NCBI GenBank assembly: GCA_965637545.1
Contig: OZ281494.1
Coordinates: forward strand, 21,886,001-21,950,000
DNA from: Phallusia mammillata
Lineage: Eukaryota
DNA: 64,000 bases
Direction of reading: 5' to 3'
Shown: positions 1 through 13,188 of the stretch, in pieces
Numbering within the stretch: position 1 is the stretch's first letter
Layout of the letters: every line of letters starts with the position of its first letter
Translations under genes and position numbers: made by a program
The notes under the pieces: model-generated
The model's database searches: none
What the model was told of the DNA's origin: nothing
What the model saw: only the letters and a program-made list of their open reading frames with translations

Positions 1-69
1 CCAACTTTAGCCTTAACCCAACTTTAAAAGTTTTGTCCATATTCTTTTTGCATCATTATTGTCATATAA

Positions 70-260
70 TTGCAAAAAAACAGGGGGGGGGGAGGGGGCT
101 GTGCGTGAACCAAGGGATTAAACAGGGTCAAAATTCACATAGACCATCTTTAGACCAATATCTATAATATGTGTACATTTGAAAAAGTTTGAACTATTCT
201 TTTTTGACCAAAACGTGGGAACAAATCCGCATTAGACGGAAAAAAAGAAAAAAAAGGGGG
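70..260 (-). repeat. Inverted fragment of the same Helentron-like family
   Basis: The reverse complement matches about 41990-42140. Confidence 0.65.
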
Positions 261-646
261 GCTCGCCCTTTACTTACTTATGGTTTAAAAGAAGATTTAA
301 CTTCCAACTTTAAACTAAAACTGCAATTTAATAGTGTGCATAGTATTTGACCATTTTGAAGTATTTGACCGGTCAATTGACCATATTTTATTTGACAGGT
401 CAAATACCCAAAAGCATCATATTTATGTTATTTGTGTTGGCATGTTGGTAATAATATAAATCCAATTCATCTAGTATATTCAATTGCAAATTTACTAAAC
501 TTTTTAAGCACACTGCCTGTTTGAAAAAACAGCACTGACCTCAAAAATGTGAATGGTGTTTGCGCAAAACTTTACTCTTATCTTAGCTTTTTCAAACATA
601 GAAATTATGTATTAATAAAGCATACACATCGTATTTTTACTTCCAG

Positions 647-3600
647 TACATCACAAATGAAGGCGTGGTTTTTACTTTTAAAACCAACTTGGATGCTCCC
701 CGGTACAAGTTGATCAATATCGATATTTCGATCCCACATAAGGTAAATGTATTTTTTCTGTGGCGAACTTGCAACGAATCAAATGCGTTGTTCTATATTA
801 ATATTCCTGAATGCGCTATTCCAAAACAATAAGTGGTGTCATGAGCTAAGTTCAACCCACAAGTTTTTGTTTGCCAAAAAAAGCAACAGATACTAAAACC
901 GAATTCACACCAATACCGAGAACAAACCGGTTTTGCAAACCTCTAGGTCGTCAGTACATAAAGGTAGCGATTTTCTGCTAGAGCTGTGTTTTGTGTTTTA
1001 ATGTCACCTTTACACCCAATTTTGATTGTCTAACATTTTAAGTTCGTGCCTTTTACGTTTCATCAACACCCTTGCAGCTTAATCGGTACATTTCATTGTT
1101 TACCTATCTCGCTTCGCGGCAAATAGTACTCCTACGTTTTATTCATAATTTTATTGCCTGACTTCATGTTTTATTAATGGAAACATTAATATGTTTAAAA
1201 AACAACGCGTAATCGTATTTCACATGTAATTTTGTTGCTCACGCCAATTTTTGCACTAAAAGCAGCAACGTACAGTGTTAATATCATCTCTGGTTGATCA
1301 AAGATTTCGTGCACAAAAGAAAAACAAATATTCAACATTGTGTGCGTCTGCAGGATAATTGGAAGGAATTACTTGGAGAGAATGAAAAGGATGTTTTAGA
1401 ATGGGCGACATGCGTGAATGGAGACAAACTGATTGTTTCATACCTGCGGGATGTCAAGGTAAGTGTATCATAAATACAGGTGTATGCTGGCAATTTTTAG
1501 TTTTTTATGTTGTGTTATGTTATGTTGTCTTTAATACAACATCGTTGCTTAACACAGCAAATACAATTTTCGCAACTAGCCTTTCTTTTACTCGCCCCGA
1601 CTCGCCAAAGGTTTAATAAATTCAGTTCCAAGCAAACTTACACGTGATGATAATGTTTGAAACGATGTACAACACAACAGTTATTATACCACTTCCGAGG
1701 ACCAAAACTTCTGTATGTTTGTTAAGAGATTAAAAACCAGTTTCAATTAACTTCTGCAGAATGTTCTAGAAGTGCGTCATCTTGGAAATGGTTCCTTAAT
1801 AAAAAACCTGCCACTGGATGTCGGCACTGTGGTGGGATTTTCTGGCAAAAAGAAGCATTCGGAAATCTTTTTCATGTTTATGTCATTTCTCACTCCAGGG
1901 ATCATCTATCGATATGACTTTGAAAGCGGAGATAAAAAGCCCAGTGTAAGTAAATATATTCATAAAAACCTGCCTCGATTCTAGAATATAAACAAAATTT
2001 GTAGAGAATGCAATGGTTTTGTTTCTTTTAAGATTTTTCGTAAAATTGAAGTAAAGGGATTCGATGGCTCGTTGTTTGAAACCGAACAGGTGTTTTACTC
2101 TAGCAATGATGGAACAAAAATTCCGATGTTTATTACACACAAAAAGGTCGGTAATGCTGTAAATTGTAAGTATAACAGTATTTGTGTTTTGAAACAAATG
2201 CGTTCAATGTGATTACCGAAAATGCGTCACTTCCGTACAAGTTTGTTTAATGTAAAACAAATGTTTTCAATTTAACTCTTTATGTCACTGTATATGTTTG
2301 AATGTAAAAATTGATGCAATTACTTTTATCTTATTCATCACCATGTTACAATATAAACCTGCAAAGTATAACTTTTCAAAGGGAATAGAGTTGGACGGCA
2401 GTCATCCAACGTTATTGTACGGATATGGCGGTTTTAATATTTCAATTACGCCAAGCTACAGCGTGTCTCGAGTCATTTTCATGCAAAATCTCGGAGGGAT
2501 TGTCGCTATAGCGAATATTCGTGGAGGAGGGTATGTCGTATGTTCCGTACTTGTCTATGCGTGATTCACATCAGCCGTTCTTTACAAAACCTAGTACTAA
2601 GTTCAAAATATGTTTTTGTGTATTTTAACATGCAGTTAAACTTCCAACTGAAACAAATAAATAGTATATGTATTGTACTTCATGTAGTTCCACATGCGAG
2701 CTTTTTAAATTTACCATGCGTTTTGCAGTGAATATGGCGAAACTTGGCACAAAAGTGGAAGTCTCAAGAATAAACAAAATTGTTTTGATGATTTTCAATC
2801 TGCAGCTAAATATCTTACCGACCAAAAGTATACGAGTCCTCAAAAGTAGGTTTCATGTCTAAATTAACTAATTGTCTGTCTTTGTTGTGTTGCGTTAGAT
2901 GTTGCAATTGTACTGTCAGCTAATAAAAAAACAAACAGATTTTGATTGTGCGTTGTCATCTGATCCCTGTACTGAACGGTATTGTATTATGAAAATAATA
3001 TGTCTTGACATGGTCATTTAATTTCTTATTATGTATAATCTCAATTACGTTGCAAATTGTTTCGGAATTACGAGTCCGAATGGTACATTGCTGCTGCAGT
3101 CCGATAATAATCAGTGCCGGATAAACCATTAGGCAAAGTAGGCACGTGCCTACAGGCCAGTCAAAAATCCAGGCCACTTTACAACAACGATCTTTGTGAC
3201 AATGATTTGGCAACACTAATAATTCTATTTTTTTAGTTGGCAACCCTGATTTTCGGGCCACTTATAAAATGTGCCTACAGGCCAGCAGACCCTTAATCCA
3301 ACACTGACAATAATCATGCATTTTTTTCCTATTTTGCCAAAGTTGAAAGATAAAGTGCGCGGGAATTTCCCGTGTTACGTATCACGATGGCAAATATTTA
3401 TGAATGAGATGTGCGTGGGTGTGTTTAACTTTTCATAGTCACTTATCAATTGTCGGCTTGGTTAAATATTATTAAGCGCAGCGCTCGAGTGCTATGACGC
3501 GGCAAAGTGCGTCGTTGTTTTGATGTCAAGCATGACCGATTTAACGAGTTGCGCAATTTGTGTGAGGCTGATGAACAGAATCTTGTCAAAAATCCAGGAC

Positions 3601-6600
3601 CTAATGTTAATGTTGTAAAACTGTTTTTTTATCCTGAATCAAACATATATACATTACATGTCATTTGTTAATATACGTAAATATGGTAACATTTCGAATC
3701 TTGGCCATTCGGTTAAACGCGTTGAAAAAGTGTTAATATTTTTTGGCAGGATTGCAATAAACGGAGGTTCTAATGGTGGATTATTAGTCGCAGCTTGTAT
3801 CAACCAAAAACCACAGCTGTTTGGGTGCGCAGTCGCCCAAGTCGGGTAAGAAAATTGCTTTTTTGGTAGCGCTTGTCCAGCTCACGTACTAAGCTTACTT
3901 AATTTAAGTAGTGATTTAAGTAACTTAAATCAGTGACTCCCAACCGGTGGTTAACAAAATTACCCCCGAAAAAGTATCTTGACATTGTGCAGAAGGTAAT
4001 TACATTATCATTTTTAGGTTCTGTGACATCTTCCTGTTAGTTGGTAGCTTTTTGAAAAGTGGGTAAACAAATAGCATTTGGTTGTTATTAGGAGTAACAG
4101 AAAAAAAAGGTTAAAACAGAATTAAAGATTTCCTATAGCGTAGGCGTATCACAGACATCCAGAAAATGACTACAAAGGCTGTTATCAGCGATCAGTCTTG
4201 TTATCGTACAAGCGTATGCCCAATGTAAATAAAAATAGCTTTGCCACAATGCACAGTGCTCTTTCTGAAAGATTCATGCTAATTATGTTTTTTTTTATAA
4301 ACTCTGGTCAACTGATGTAAGCTTGCGTACCAATTATTGGTATACCCCTACCACAGCTGGGGACCACTGCTGTATACAATTCAAGCTTACCGCGGCCAAC
4401 TTTAAACAAACTCATGAGTATAGCTGAAAACGTGTCGCGCTCTCGTTTAGGCCTAATTTGTTTGTATGGTATGAATTAACTGGCGCTCATTCGTACATTT
4501 TGCTATTTGCTTCATTAAACCTTTCAAAGTAGAAATCACAAACGAACGTTTGCTGCTTGCATTGATTTTTGCATGAATCCGCGCAGATTTTATACTAACC
4601 ACATACAAGCTCACTATATAAACGGCCCAAATTGCTTTTTACTACGGACTAAGTTACTTTTAACGTGTCCCCAAGTCTCAGAAACGATATAAAAACCAAT
4701 TATACGACCAGCATTTAAAGCATTCTATTGTCCTGAAATAATCGGAAAGTTAACCCAACCACAAGTGTGAAATGAACAGTCGTCTCATTCACGCTTGAGA
4801 TTCGGCGGAATTTTTTGTGCCAAAAAATGTGATTGATGACGTCACAAATCTAGGTGCTAAGAGCAAAAACTGAAATGCTCGATATTTGCAGAGTGATGGA
4901 TATGCTCAAGTTTCACAAGTACACGATCGGGCATGCATGGAAAACTGACTTTGGCTGTGCCGACGAAGATAAGGAACAATTCGAGTGTCTTTTCAAGTAA
5001 GTTAGGTTGACAGGGTTTTTTGTTGCTTGATGAGTAAAAATGAAACTGAGTATAGCGGCGAACTGTTTGCTAAATCTTATATCCCTGTCTAGGTTCTATT
5101 CTAGATTCTATTCTAGTTTTAGGGGGTGTAAACTTTTTTTATTCGCCAATCATAAAGGGGTTTCGACGGTAATTCCAGAAGCTTGTAATTAGTCATATTG
5201 ACTTTTTTTCCACTGTCCTGCAGTTTACATTAAATATTGTACAGGTATAAACATTCATACTACAAACTCAGTTGCACGTTAGCTTTTTAAGAACAAATGA
5301 ACAAACACTCAAAAAAACTTATTTTCGTCGTCTTGATTAAAAAAACAGCTTTTACTGTGAGTTATATGTTCCAGTTGCTGAAAACGCTTAAAAATTTATT
5401 AGTGACAAGAACAAGGTGGAAAACTCATGAACTTCTTTTTTTGGTCGCGCAAACGTAACGAAACTGCATTGTATCTAAAAAAAACTGTGAAACCACACAA
5501 CATGTGACAGTTTATTTACTGATAAAGTGCAAAATACCACAAATCGATGTGTCACCATTAAAGAGCTGACGCCATTTTTGTCACGTGACTATCAGACTAC
5601 GCGTTTGTTTTTTCGGCCACAGCCAAGTCGTTGTAATCAGATTTCGCGGAAAAGTGGCTTAATTAGATTCGACAAGGATGCACGAAGACGTTATCATAAA
5701 TCCGACTGTAAATTCTCGCCATGTTTATATATTGACACGTGATAGCATCATCCAAGATCACGTGATCAGACAAAACCTCACATCATCAGCTTTCTATTGA
5801 GGCTGGACAGAATAATGTTTATATTAGGTCTCCGACGACCTAAACTTTGCTAAGACGAGTAAAAGCGCCGCACCACAAGAGACTTTGAAATATTGAAAGA
5901 ATATTGCAAAGTTCAGCTGTAACTTAAAATGTCAAAACATACCCAACTTTGATGATGAAGTTAATGCGCTGAAAAGTAAAAATATTGCAGAATACTTTAG
6001 AACTGAAAGTTACTGAATAGCCCAAACAACGCTGCTCAGCTGTAAAATCTGTTTTTAATGTTTAAATCAACAAACGGAGTACGACGAGTGATAAACCTAA
6101 TTGAAAACGTTAGATGCAATGGGTGAATGTGACAAACGTTTGTTGGGAGGGTAAAGACGTTTGGATACTTTTTTGTTGTACTTAACCTTACCGCTGGGTA
6201 ACACAATAGGCCTAAACATCTCTTGAACGTCTTGAACTATCCATGACCTTACCGCTAAAAAAGACTGAAAAGGTATAATTAGCAGTAAATCAAAAATAGT
6301 TGCTTGTCTCATCAGACCGTAACGTTTGAATTATACGACCGGCCTTAAAACCGGATTATTTATTTGCAGACATAAATTTTATCGTCTGTGTGGATTAATC
6401 ATTAAAAATTCACCCATGTTTGCGTGTTATTTGGTTTTTGTTGTGAAATGTTCTGTCAAGGCAATTTTGCTGAGGAAGTTTCGGTTTAACTCCATGCCAG
6501 GATTCCAGTTTTTAATATTTACCTGTTTTTTTTTCACAAGGAAAGTAAAGACTTGCAAAAAAGTACGAGAACGTACAAAATTAATGTAGATGTAATGTTA

Positions 6601-8268
6601 TCCGACCCATTATAAGCAAAGTATGGAAAATGTGAAGTCAAATGCAGCATTTAAAACTTGTATCACAGCCCTGTCTTCGATTGACGAACATTTACGTGTA
6701 CTTTTTTCTGCTTTTTATTATTTGAATTTGTTACATGTTTTGTGGAAACTGTACACTTTCTGGGCTCCTTATATTTTAACGTTTCAAATCCAATATTATG
6801 TCTTATTTTGCGTCTAAAACAGTCAACTTATGTGGTCGAACTTAAACCGGTAAGCAGCTAATCTAATGGAAAACCTAGCACTGTCTTATTTATTTAATGG
6901 TTTAGTGTTCTGTCTGTTGTTTTGTTGCGCTAAATTGTGTGTGAACGCACTAGCTTTAACCGCAAAAATCGCAACAAAACGTCGCCCAACTATTAAGCGT
7001 CTAAAACCTACTCATTATTTCAATTAACTTGTCGCACCTCTTGCATGTAACGGAATTTTATTCGCTAATCGAGGCATGGCAGAAAGAATTTAATTTCCGA
7101 TCATAATATTAAGACGCGGTAGAAGTCTATGACCTGCTATTTGTTTGTATAATTAGACAGTTTGTAAGAAGTTTTGTCAAATGTTTTCCAGCTTATTGAT
7201 GGTTGTGTGATAATTTTTTGACGTATATACTATGATTCAGTATTGCTACATCATATTAGTAACCTTGTACTAACAAATTGTCCTGACATTTTGCAGGTTT
7301 AAATTAGTGTGGTGTTTTAAAAAAACGTGCTTTCAAAAAGATGTATTTAACAAAAGCTCTCGTTAATTTGTTTCCTCTAGGTATTCCCCTATTCATAACG
7401 TACAAGTTCCTCGTGGTGCAAATGTGCAGTATCCTTCCTTGCTTCTAATGACGGGTGACCATGACGACCGAGTTGTACCTCATCATTCGCTCAAGTACAT
7501 TGCACAAGTTCAAGACATCATCGGTGCAAGAAAAGAACAAAAAAACCCACTACTTATTCGCGTCGACACCAAGTCAGGCCACGGGGCCGGAAAACCGACG
7601 GCTAAAGTGGTAAGTGTTATCTTTGTATTGGAGTAGAACTTGAATTTAAGGTTTTGTGGCGATAAACGTTACTATGCGGCAAAGAAGGGAACAGGAAAAA
7701 TTGAAGCTTACTTGTTCCATAGTTGCCTTCTTAACACTAGGCGATTTTTCATATCCAAATACTAAAGTCACTCACTCCTTACAGTCAAAATGTCAGAAAG
7801 TTTTGCCTGAAACGGCGGCATAACTCAGCAATAGTTAATCAAAATACAAATGCGCAAATCAATTGGCAAATATTACGGGCGTTAAATATTTTTATCCACG
7901 TCTTGAGTTTACGCAAATACTAACATGCTATTTAAAAGTTGTTGGTTCGCGGTCGTCTTTTTGTCACCAAAAGGTTAAAGTCGCAAGACCTCCAAAAAAC
8001 GACCCTTTACTGCAGTAAACAGTTAGACATCTGCTGAAGCAAATTTATTCGGGCTTTAAGTTTGGACACTGAAATTCAATGTACCGATTTATTTTCAAAC
8101 TCTGCGATTGCCCGCACCGACGACCAAATTGTTGCCAGTAGTCTGCCGGAGTATTTTTACTGTAAAATGTAAAAAAATCTTAACTAAATATTTTATGACC
8201 AGATCGAAGAGGTGGCAGACATGTATGGCTTTATAGCGAAAAACTTGGAAGCCGACTGGTCGAGTTAG
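647..8268 (+). CDS. PREP: Prolyl endopeptidase (S9A), 5'-truncated by the window edge; 10 coding exons
   Basis: Exons 647-742, 1354-1458, 1760-1945, 2033-2146, 2382-2530, 2729-2845, 3750-3845, 4892-4996, 7381-7609, 8203-8268(TAG), all GT-AG with consistent phases. The joined product reads [14 protein letters not shown]...[21 protein letters not shown]...[14 protein letters not shown]...[14 protein letters not shown]...[16 protein letters not shown]...GDHDDRVVP...[23 protein letters not shown]. The Ser/Asp/His triad motifs are intact and collinear with vertebrate PREP. Confidence 0.97.
3112..3306. mobile_element. Probable hAT (Tip100-like) MITE in a PREP intron
   Basis: Imperfect TIRs CAGTGCCGGATAAA and CAGTGTTGGATTAA, near-TSD ATAATAAT/ACAATAAT, internal GTGCCTACAGGCCAG twice. 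Confidence 0.6.
3931..4369. mobile_element. Decayed hAT MITE in a PREP intron
   Basis: Termini CAGTGACTCCCAACC and CTGGGGACCACTG; the right end resembles the 41229 family. The flanking 8-mers do not match. Confidence 0.5.
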
Positions 8269-11200
8269 ACGTGGAAATCTGCCCATGTTCGTCTGTGCAA
8301 GCTTATCGTCTCTTATCTGAAGTTGTTATGAAGCGCACCAATGCTAATGCGTATACATTAGATCCATTACCATTCCCTTATCTGCAGAACTTGTGCAAAC
8401 TTTTACGTCTCTGCGTTTTAACAGTCTTTAAATCACGGTTGACACGCGCAATTTTTGCGCCATGGTTTGTACATGCAGCTTAAATGGCATTGTGAAATAC
8501 CAATGACTTTGGTTAACATGTTATTCATTGCGTGTGCTTTATTTTGATGTTCAAAGATATCACAGAGATAATTTCAGAATCCCCTAAAATACCAGTTAAG
8601 CACGTCCAAACACAGGCAATTACGATTGGCGCGAAGTGCATATTGCGATGCTTGACCTAGAAAATCTATTTTAATTTGAGCTTTGTGCCAAATTTAGTAC
8701 AGTTTACTCCTTTTGAAACGCTCCATCGCAAATGCTTGCGCACAATAAAATAAACCAAACAGCTGTGAAGGAGTTTTGCTCTTGTTGCGTGCAAAGTCGG
8801 AACGGTGCTGGGACCCTAATTGCTGCTCGACGCGGGTTTGTCGGCATAGCGAACGGGAGATTAATGTTGTTTACCTTTTCGGAGCGCTGAAGCGTAGCGC
8901 ATTGCTCAACAAGAAGAGACAAGCAATGAGAGCGCCGTACTGCCGCCACACGTGTGCACGACAGACCCGCGCAACTTTGGCTTGTTCTTCGGTAAGGCTG
9001 ATTTGCGACACAAAAACTGCTAATTGCAGCAGCATGTGCGTGTCAAACCTAATAACATTTCGTGGTTTTACAGAGACTTGTCCATTGGATAGTTAAATCA
9101 GTTCATGCGTTTTTTTTCCAGGACGAATCACATTAAAGTGTGAAATTTGCCAATTTTAAAATAAATTCCATCTGCAATGTCCCCAAACTTAAATTTTACT
9201 TTCACGGATTTTTAACTGTTGAAATTCAAAATGCTTGGCAAAAAGGTCAAACCTTGACAGTTGGCCTGTAGTACAATGAAAATGTGTAGCAGTAATGAAA
9301 TTTGTGTTCATTGCACAAATGTGTATGTTTAGGTGACTGGTTTTGTCAATCGAAACCGCTTCGTGTGCATTTACAATCAAGTCGCACCACTGTCCTTAAA
9401 TGGCTGCCGATTTTATATCAAAATGGCGGTGTTAGCTAATATGGGTTAAATGTTTTAAAAACAACAGAAGATGCAAAACAAAGTAGGTATAAAACGAAAG
9501 CAGCACAACGAACCACAGCAAATAAAGGCTAAACTTTTTGCTGAAATGTATTACACAAAAAATGATAATATTTTCATGGTTTAAAAATGCATACTTACTT
9601 ACTTCAGTTTTTAATGGATTGCGTACTAAAGAAAACGTATCTGTTTTAAAACAGTTTGCTTGAAGATAAAAAAGGTCAATTGGCTTATCAGTAAAAAAGG
9701 CTGTCCCGCCCGTAATAGCTATTTTAAGGCTTTCCGCCATTTTGTTTTCTTTTCACGTGACTGCACAACACAGAAAGTTTTGAACTGTCGGTTACACTTG
9801 GATCTGAATGCCTAAAAAGATCTAAAATAGGAATACTTTGAAGAAGACATGATTATGTGTATTCATTATTTGGCAAAATAAATGCAGTGAATTTAAAAAC
9901 GATTTCAACTCTAAGTTTAACCAACTCCAAAAGCTTTTGAGACTTATATCCTGGAGAACAATATGAAATGTTGAAGTGAAATACGGCGATACCATTTCTC
10001 TCGCTTTAGGTGGCAAGGAATTGAAATTTGTATCGTAAAGCACTGATGACGTCATCCGGTAAATGGTTCCAGGCGCAATCAAAATCGGATTAGTCACGCT
10101 GGGTAGACAAGGCCTTGTGCAAGCCAGACCTGGCTCTTGTTCGAACAACAGAAACGGCGAACTTTGGCCGTCAGTGGCGCCGAACATTGCCACAGGAAAA
10201 CGGAGCGTTTTTTTACTTCGTTTACTGCATATCAGTGTAATAGCGTGATACACATATCACAAGTCGTGTATTTACGGATTGAATAAATATTAATGTCAAT
10301 GGGCATTGTTCTTGACGCGTACATGTGTTCTCAGTCAAACTGTTGAGCCAACTTTCAACAGATGATCGAAACTTGAATAAATTCAAAACAATCGTCTAAG
10401 ATCAAAGTGTTGGATCCCATTTTGTTTCAATTTTTTGCTGACCGAGTGTCAAGAACGCAAACACTAAAATTTCTGATTGGCAGAAAAAGCCATTTTTGTT
10501 CCAAACCTTGAAAATCCTAGCTGTATTGGGTTAACATCGTCCACTAGACGAATCTCTTGTATCATGTATTTACGGCTTTACGAGTTTCATAAATTAACGA
10601 ATGATTTTCTTAAAGTATTTTTTTTAAATAGACTTAAGTCCATTAGGAAAAGTAAATACAATGACCTGCGTTTGTCAAACTGTGATTTTCCAACTAATAA
10701 AGAAAACGCATAATACGAATCGCATTAGAACCGGAAAGTCGTGGCAATGCTTGCCATGTGGGTAAAGCTCCTATTTTTTCAATGCACGTAGATTTAAGGA
10801 TGCCTAGCACGAATTATTTATTTGGGAGATAATAATTTTATTCTTTGGCGTAAAATAATGATTGCACTGTACGGGATTGAACTTACGCATAAATGTAAGT
10901 AGTGGTTACTAAAGCAAACATACAACACTGCAGCTTATGGGGCATAGACTGTGGTACAGTGTCTTGGTATCCCATATTGCAGGTTTTCCGTATAGTTAGA
11001 AGTCGAATTTAAGCAAGACAAGGAACCGCTTTTAGTAAGGCAGCTGCAAATTCGGTCCAGTCAGTGTCAATGCGCATGAGTGCGGATTGGTCGATCCTGC
11101 TGCAAAATGGTTGGCATTTGATCGTTGCGGTAGAAGCGTGTGGCTTCGCTCGTCCGCCAAAGAAACCCGATCTCGCAACACAATAGGAGTGTGCCACACA

Positions 11201-12971
11201 ACCCACTTGCAAACACAACCACCTCACCCGTTCACACGACGACGTAAAGCGCAATTCCCGCAACGCGATTTTATCTGCTTCCCATTGCGCAGCTGAGGGT
11301 ATGCCAACTACCAACGTTTGGAACGCTTGCGCGATGTAATTTTGCATCAGTACCTCTTATTTCTCTTTCTTGCAACGCGCCAAATTGTGTGTGCTCACCC
11401 CGCGCGCAACATTATATTTACGGCTAGTGAAAACACGCGTGTGCTGGCGAGCCACAGCAGAATGATGAATGACCGCGCTGACGGAGCGCGTTATTAACGT
11501 TGGCGACAAGTTCTTTGTGCTTAGAAAGGGCGCCTTTCAACCAAACTCCCGCTGTGTTGCAAAGCGATGTCGCCGACTTGGCGCAGAGTGGAATGTGCAA
11601 TTCTGCGAGGCGTTGAAATTCGCGTCCCTGATTTGATTGAAGTTTATCCAACTTCAATCTTTGCACGAAATTGCGTTCTAATTTGCCAACGTGAAATACA
11701 TTTTTGCGAAACCAGCGTTGCCACTGACGTTTTGTGCCCAAGAGTGCCGCTGTTTTTTCGAAAAGATTGCGCAGATTTAAGAAGAGTACACATTTTGTTT
11801 CATATGTTTTTTTTAGCTATCTCAATATAAACGTTTTTACAATCTCACTACTATTGTTGAACATGGAAATGCGCATTACTTGTGTAAAACAGCAAACCAA
11901 TACAAAAAACAATTTGGCGCAAAAAGCACGTACATCAGAAAATTTTGAGACAAATACCCAACGTTAGACTCACTTTACTGCTAGTTTACGGCACGTCAGA
12001 AAACCGTTTCTTGCCTGTTCAAAAGCGCAATGTGCAACGGGCCAAAAATAACAAAATAATTTGTGTTTTATTTGCTGATGCGTATTTTTAGAATGTTTAT
12101 TAGGTCAAAACCACACTGTAAGCATTCGACGGGAGAAACAATCTTAATTATTTTGCCGCTCGATTCAAGGGAAATATAAAGTGGTTTATGTGAGGAGGCT
12201 TCGCACGTCGCTATAGAACGACAGTGGCAAAATCGACTTGGGCACCAGCTAGCATGCGCGTGAATTTGTAATGAGCTGAATATTAAACATAAACAAGCGC
12301 GCGCTGCGACTACTTGCTCGGCGACTGACGTATGTTACCGCGTGTTTATTTGAAGTTCGGCAGCGACGATCCCAAAAGCGATGCTATCGTTTTGTACATG
12401 CGATAGAGCTGAAACTCCAATCTGAAAACAGTTCTCGCTTCATGCATTGAAATGTGATCACGCCTTGGCAAACACACTTCGATGTGCAACAAAAAAAACG
12501 CCTGGTAAAGTTATATGGCAGCAGGTACATGAATGCGCACGGAAATCTTCCAGACTGCAATCAAATCCGAGCAAAAAAGTCGAGAGGAATTTGGTGGCCG
12601 CCATTTTGAGTGCAAAATTTACGGGTTTTGTGGGTTGAAGAAAAAAATACAGACTTCAAATCGATGCTGGCTACTGGCGAGGCCTTAGTACGTCAGTAAA
12701 ATCGATTGATCCAATTTCTACGCGTAAATTTGCTCCCAGGACAAATCTTCTTTGTTTATAGCGGAGGACATAGGATTAGGTGGTCTGGTTTGCGAATGTT
12801 TTTCGATCGGAATACTACGGAATTACCTAATGCTGTTCGTACCCAACTTAAGGCCCTGTTACAAATTAGTTAAGGGTGATAATATGTAGGCAAAACTCTT
12901 TCCGCTGTATCTCGGGAACATATTTAGATTATTAAATATCATGGTCAAGCTAAAGTTAAAAGGGTTTAAAC

Positions 12972-13188
12972 CAGTGGTTCTCAAACTTTTTTATTGTCGG
13001 GGCCAAATGGTATTTTTTTAAGTGTGTAGAGAGCCACAAAAAAACGAAACCTTGAGAAAATCAATAAAGATTATTACTTTGAAAGCTAAAATAGCAATGT
13101 TTGGTGCTTTTCTGAGGTCTGGTGCGAGCCGCAAAATAAGTAGTTGGGAGCCGCATGCGGCCCCGAAAACCGAGTTTGAGAACCACTG
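12972..13188 (+). mobile_element. hAT (Buster/Charlie-like) MITE
   Basis: TIR CAGTGGTTCTCAAACT, perfect TSD GTTTAAAC; highly similar inverted copy at 27148-27359. Confidence 0.95.

Noticed and set aside
4985-4987. PREP has Cys where vertebrates have Trp (FECLFK versus FEWLVK)
   Set aside because: Single substitution outside the triad; the substrate-stacking HAW Trp is intact.
11009-11830. Cluster of 70-112-aa ORFs on both strands
   Set aside because: No recognisable protein motifs or coherent splice sites; explained by locally higher GC.
12894-12968. Possible piggyBac-like ends (also AAAGGGTTAA at ~61325)
   Set aside because: Too degenerate; no paired TTAA-flanked TIRs established.
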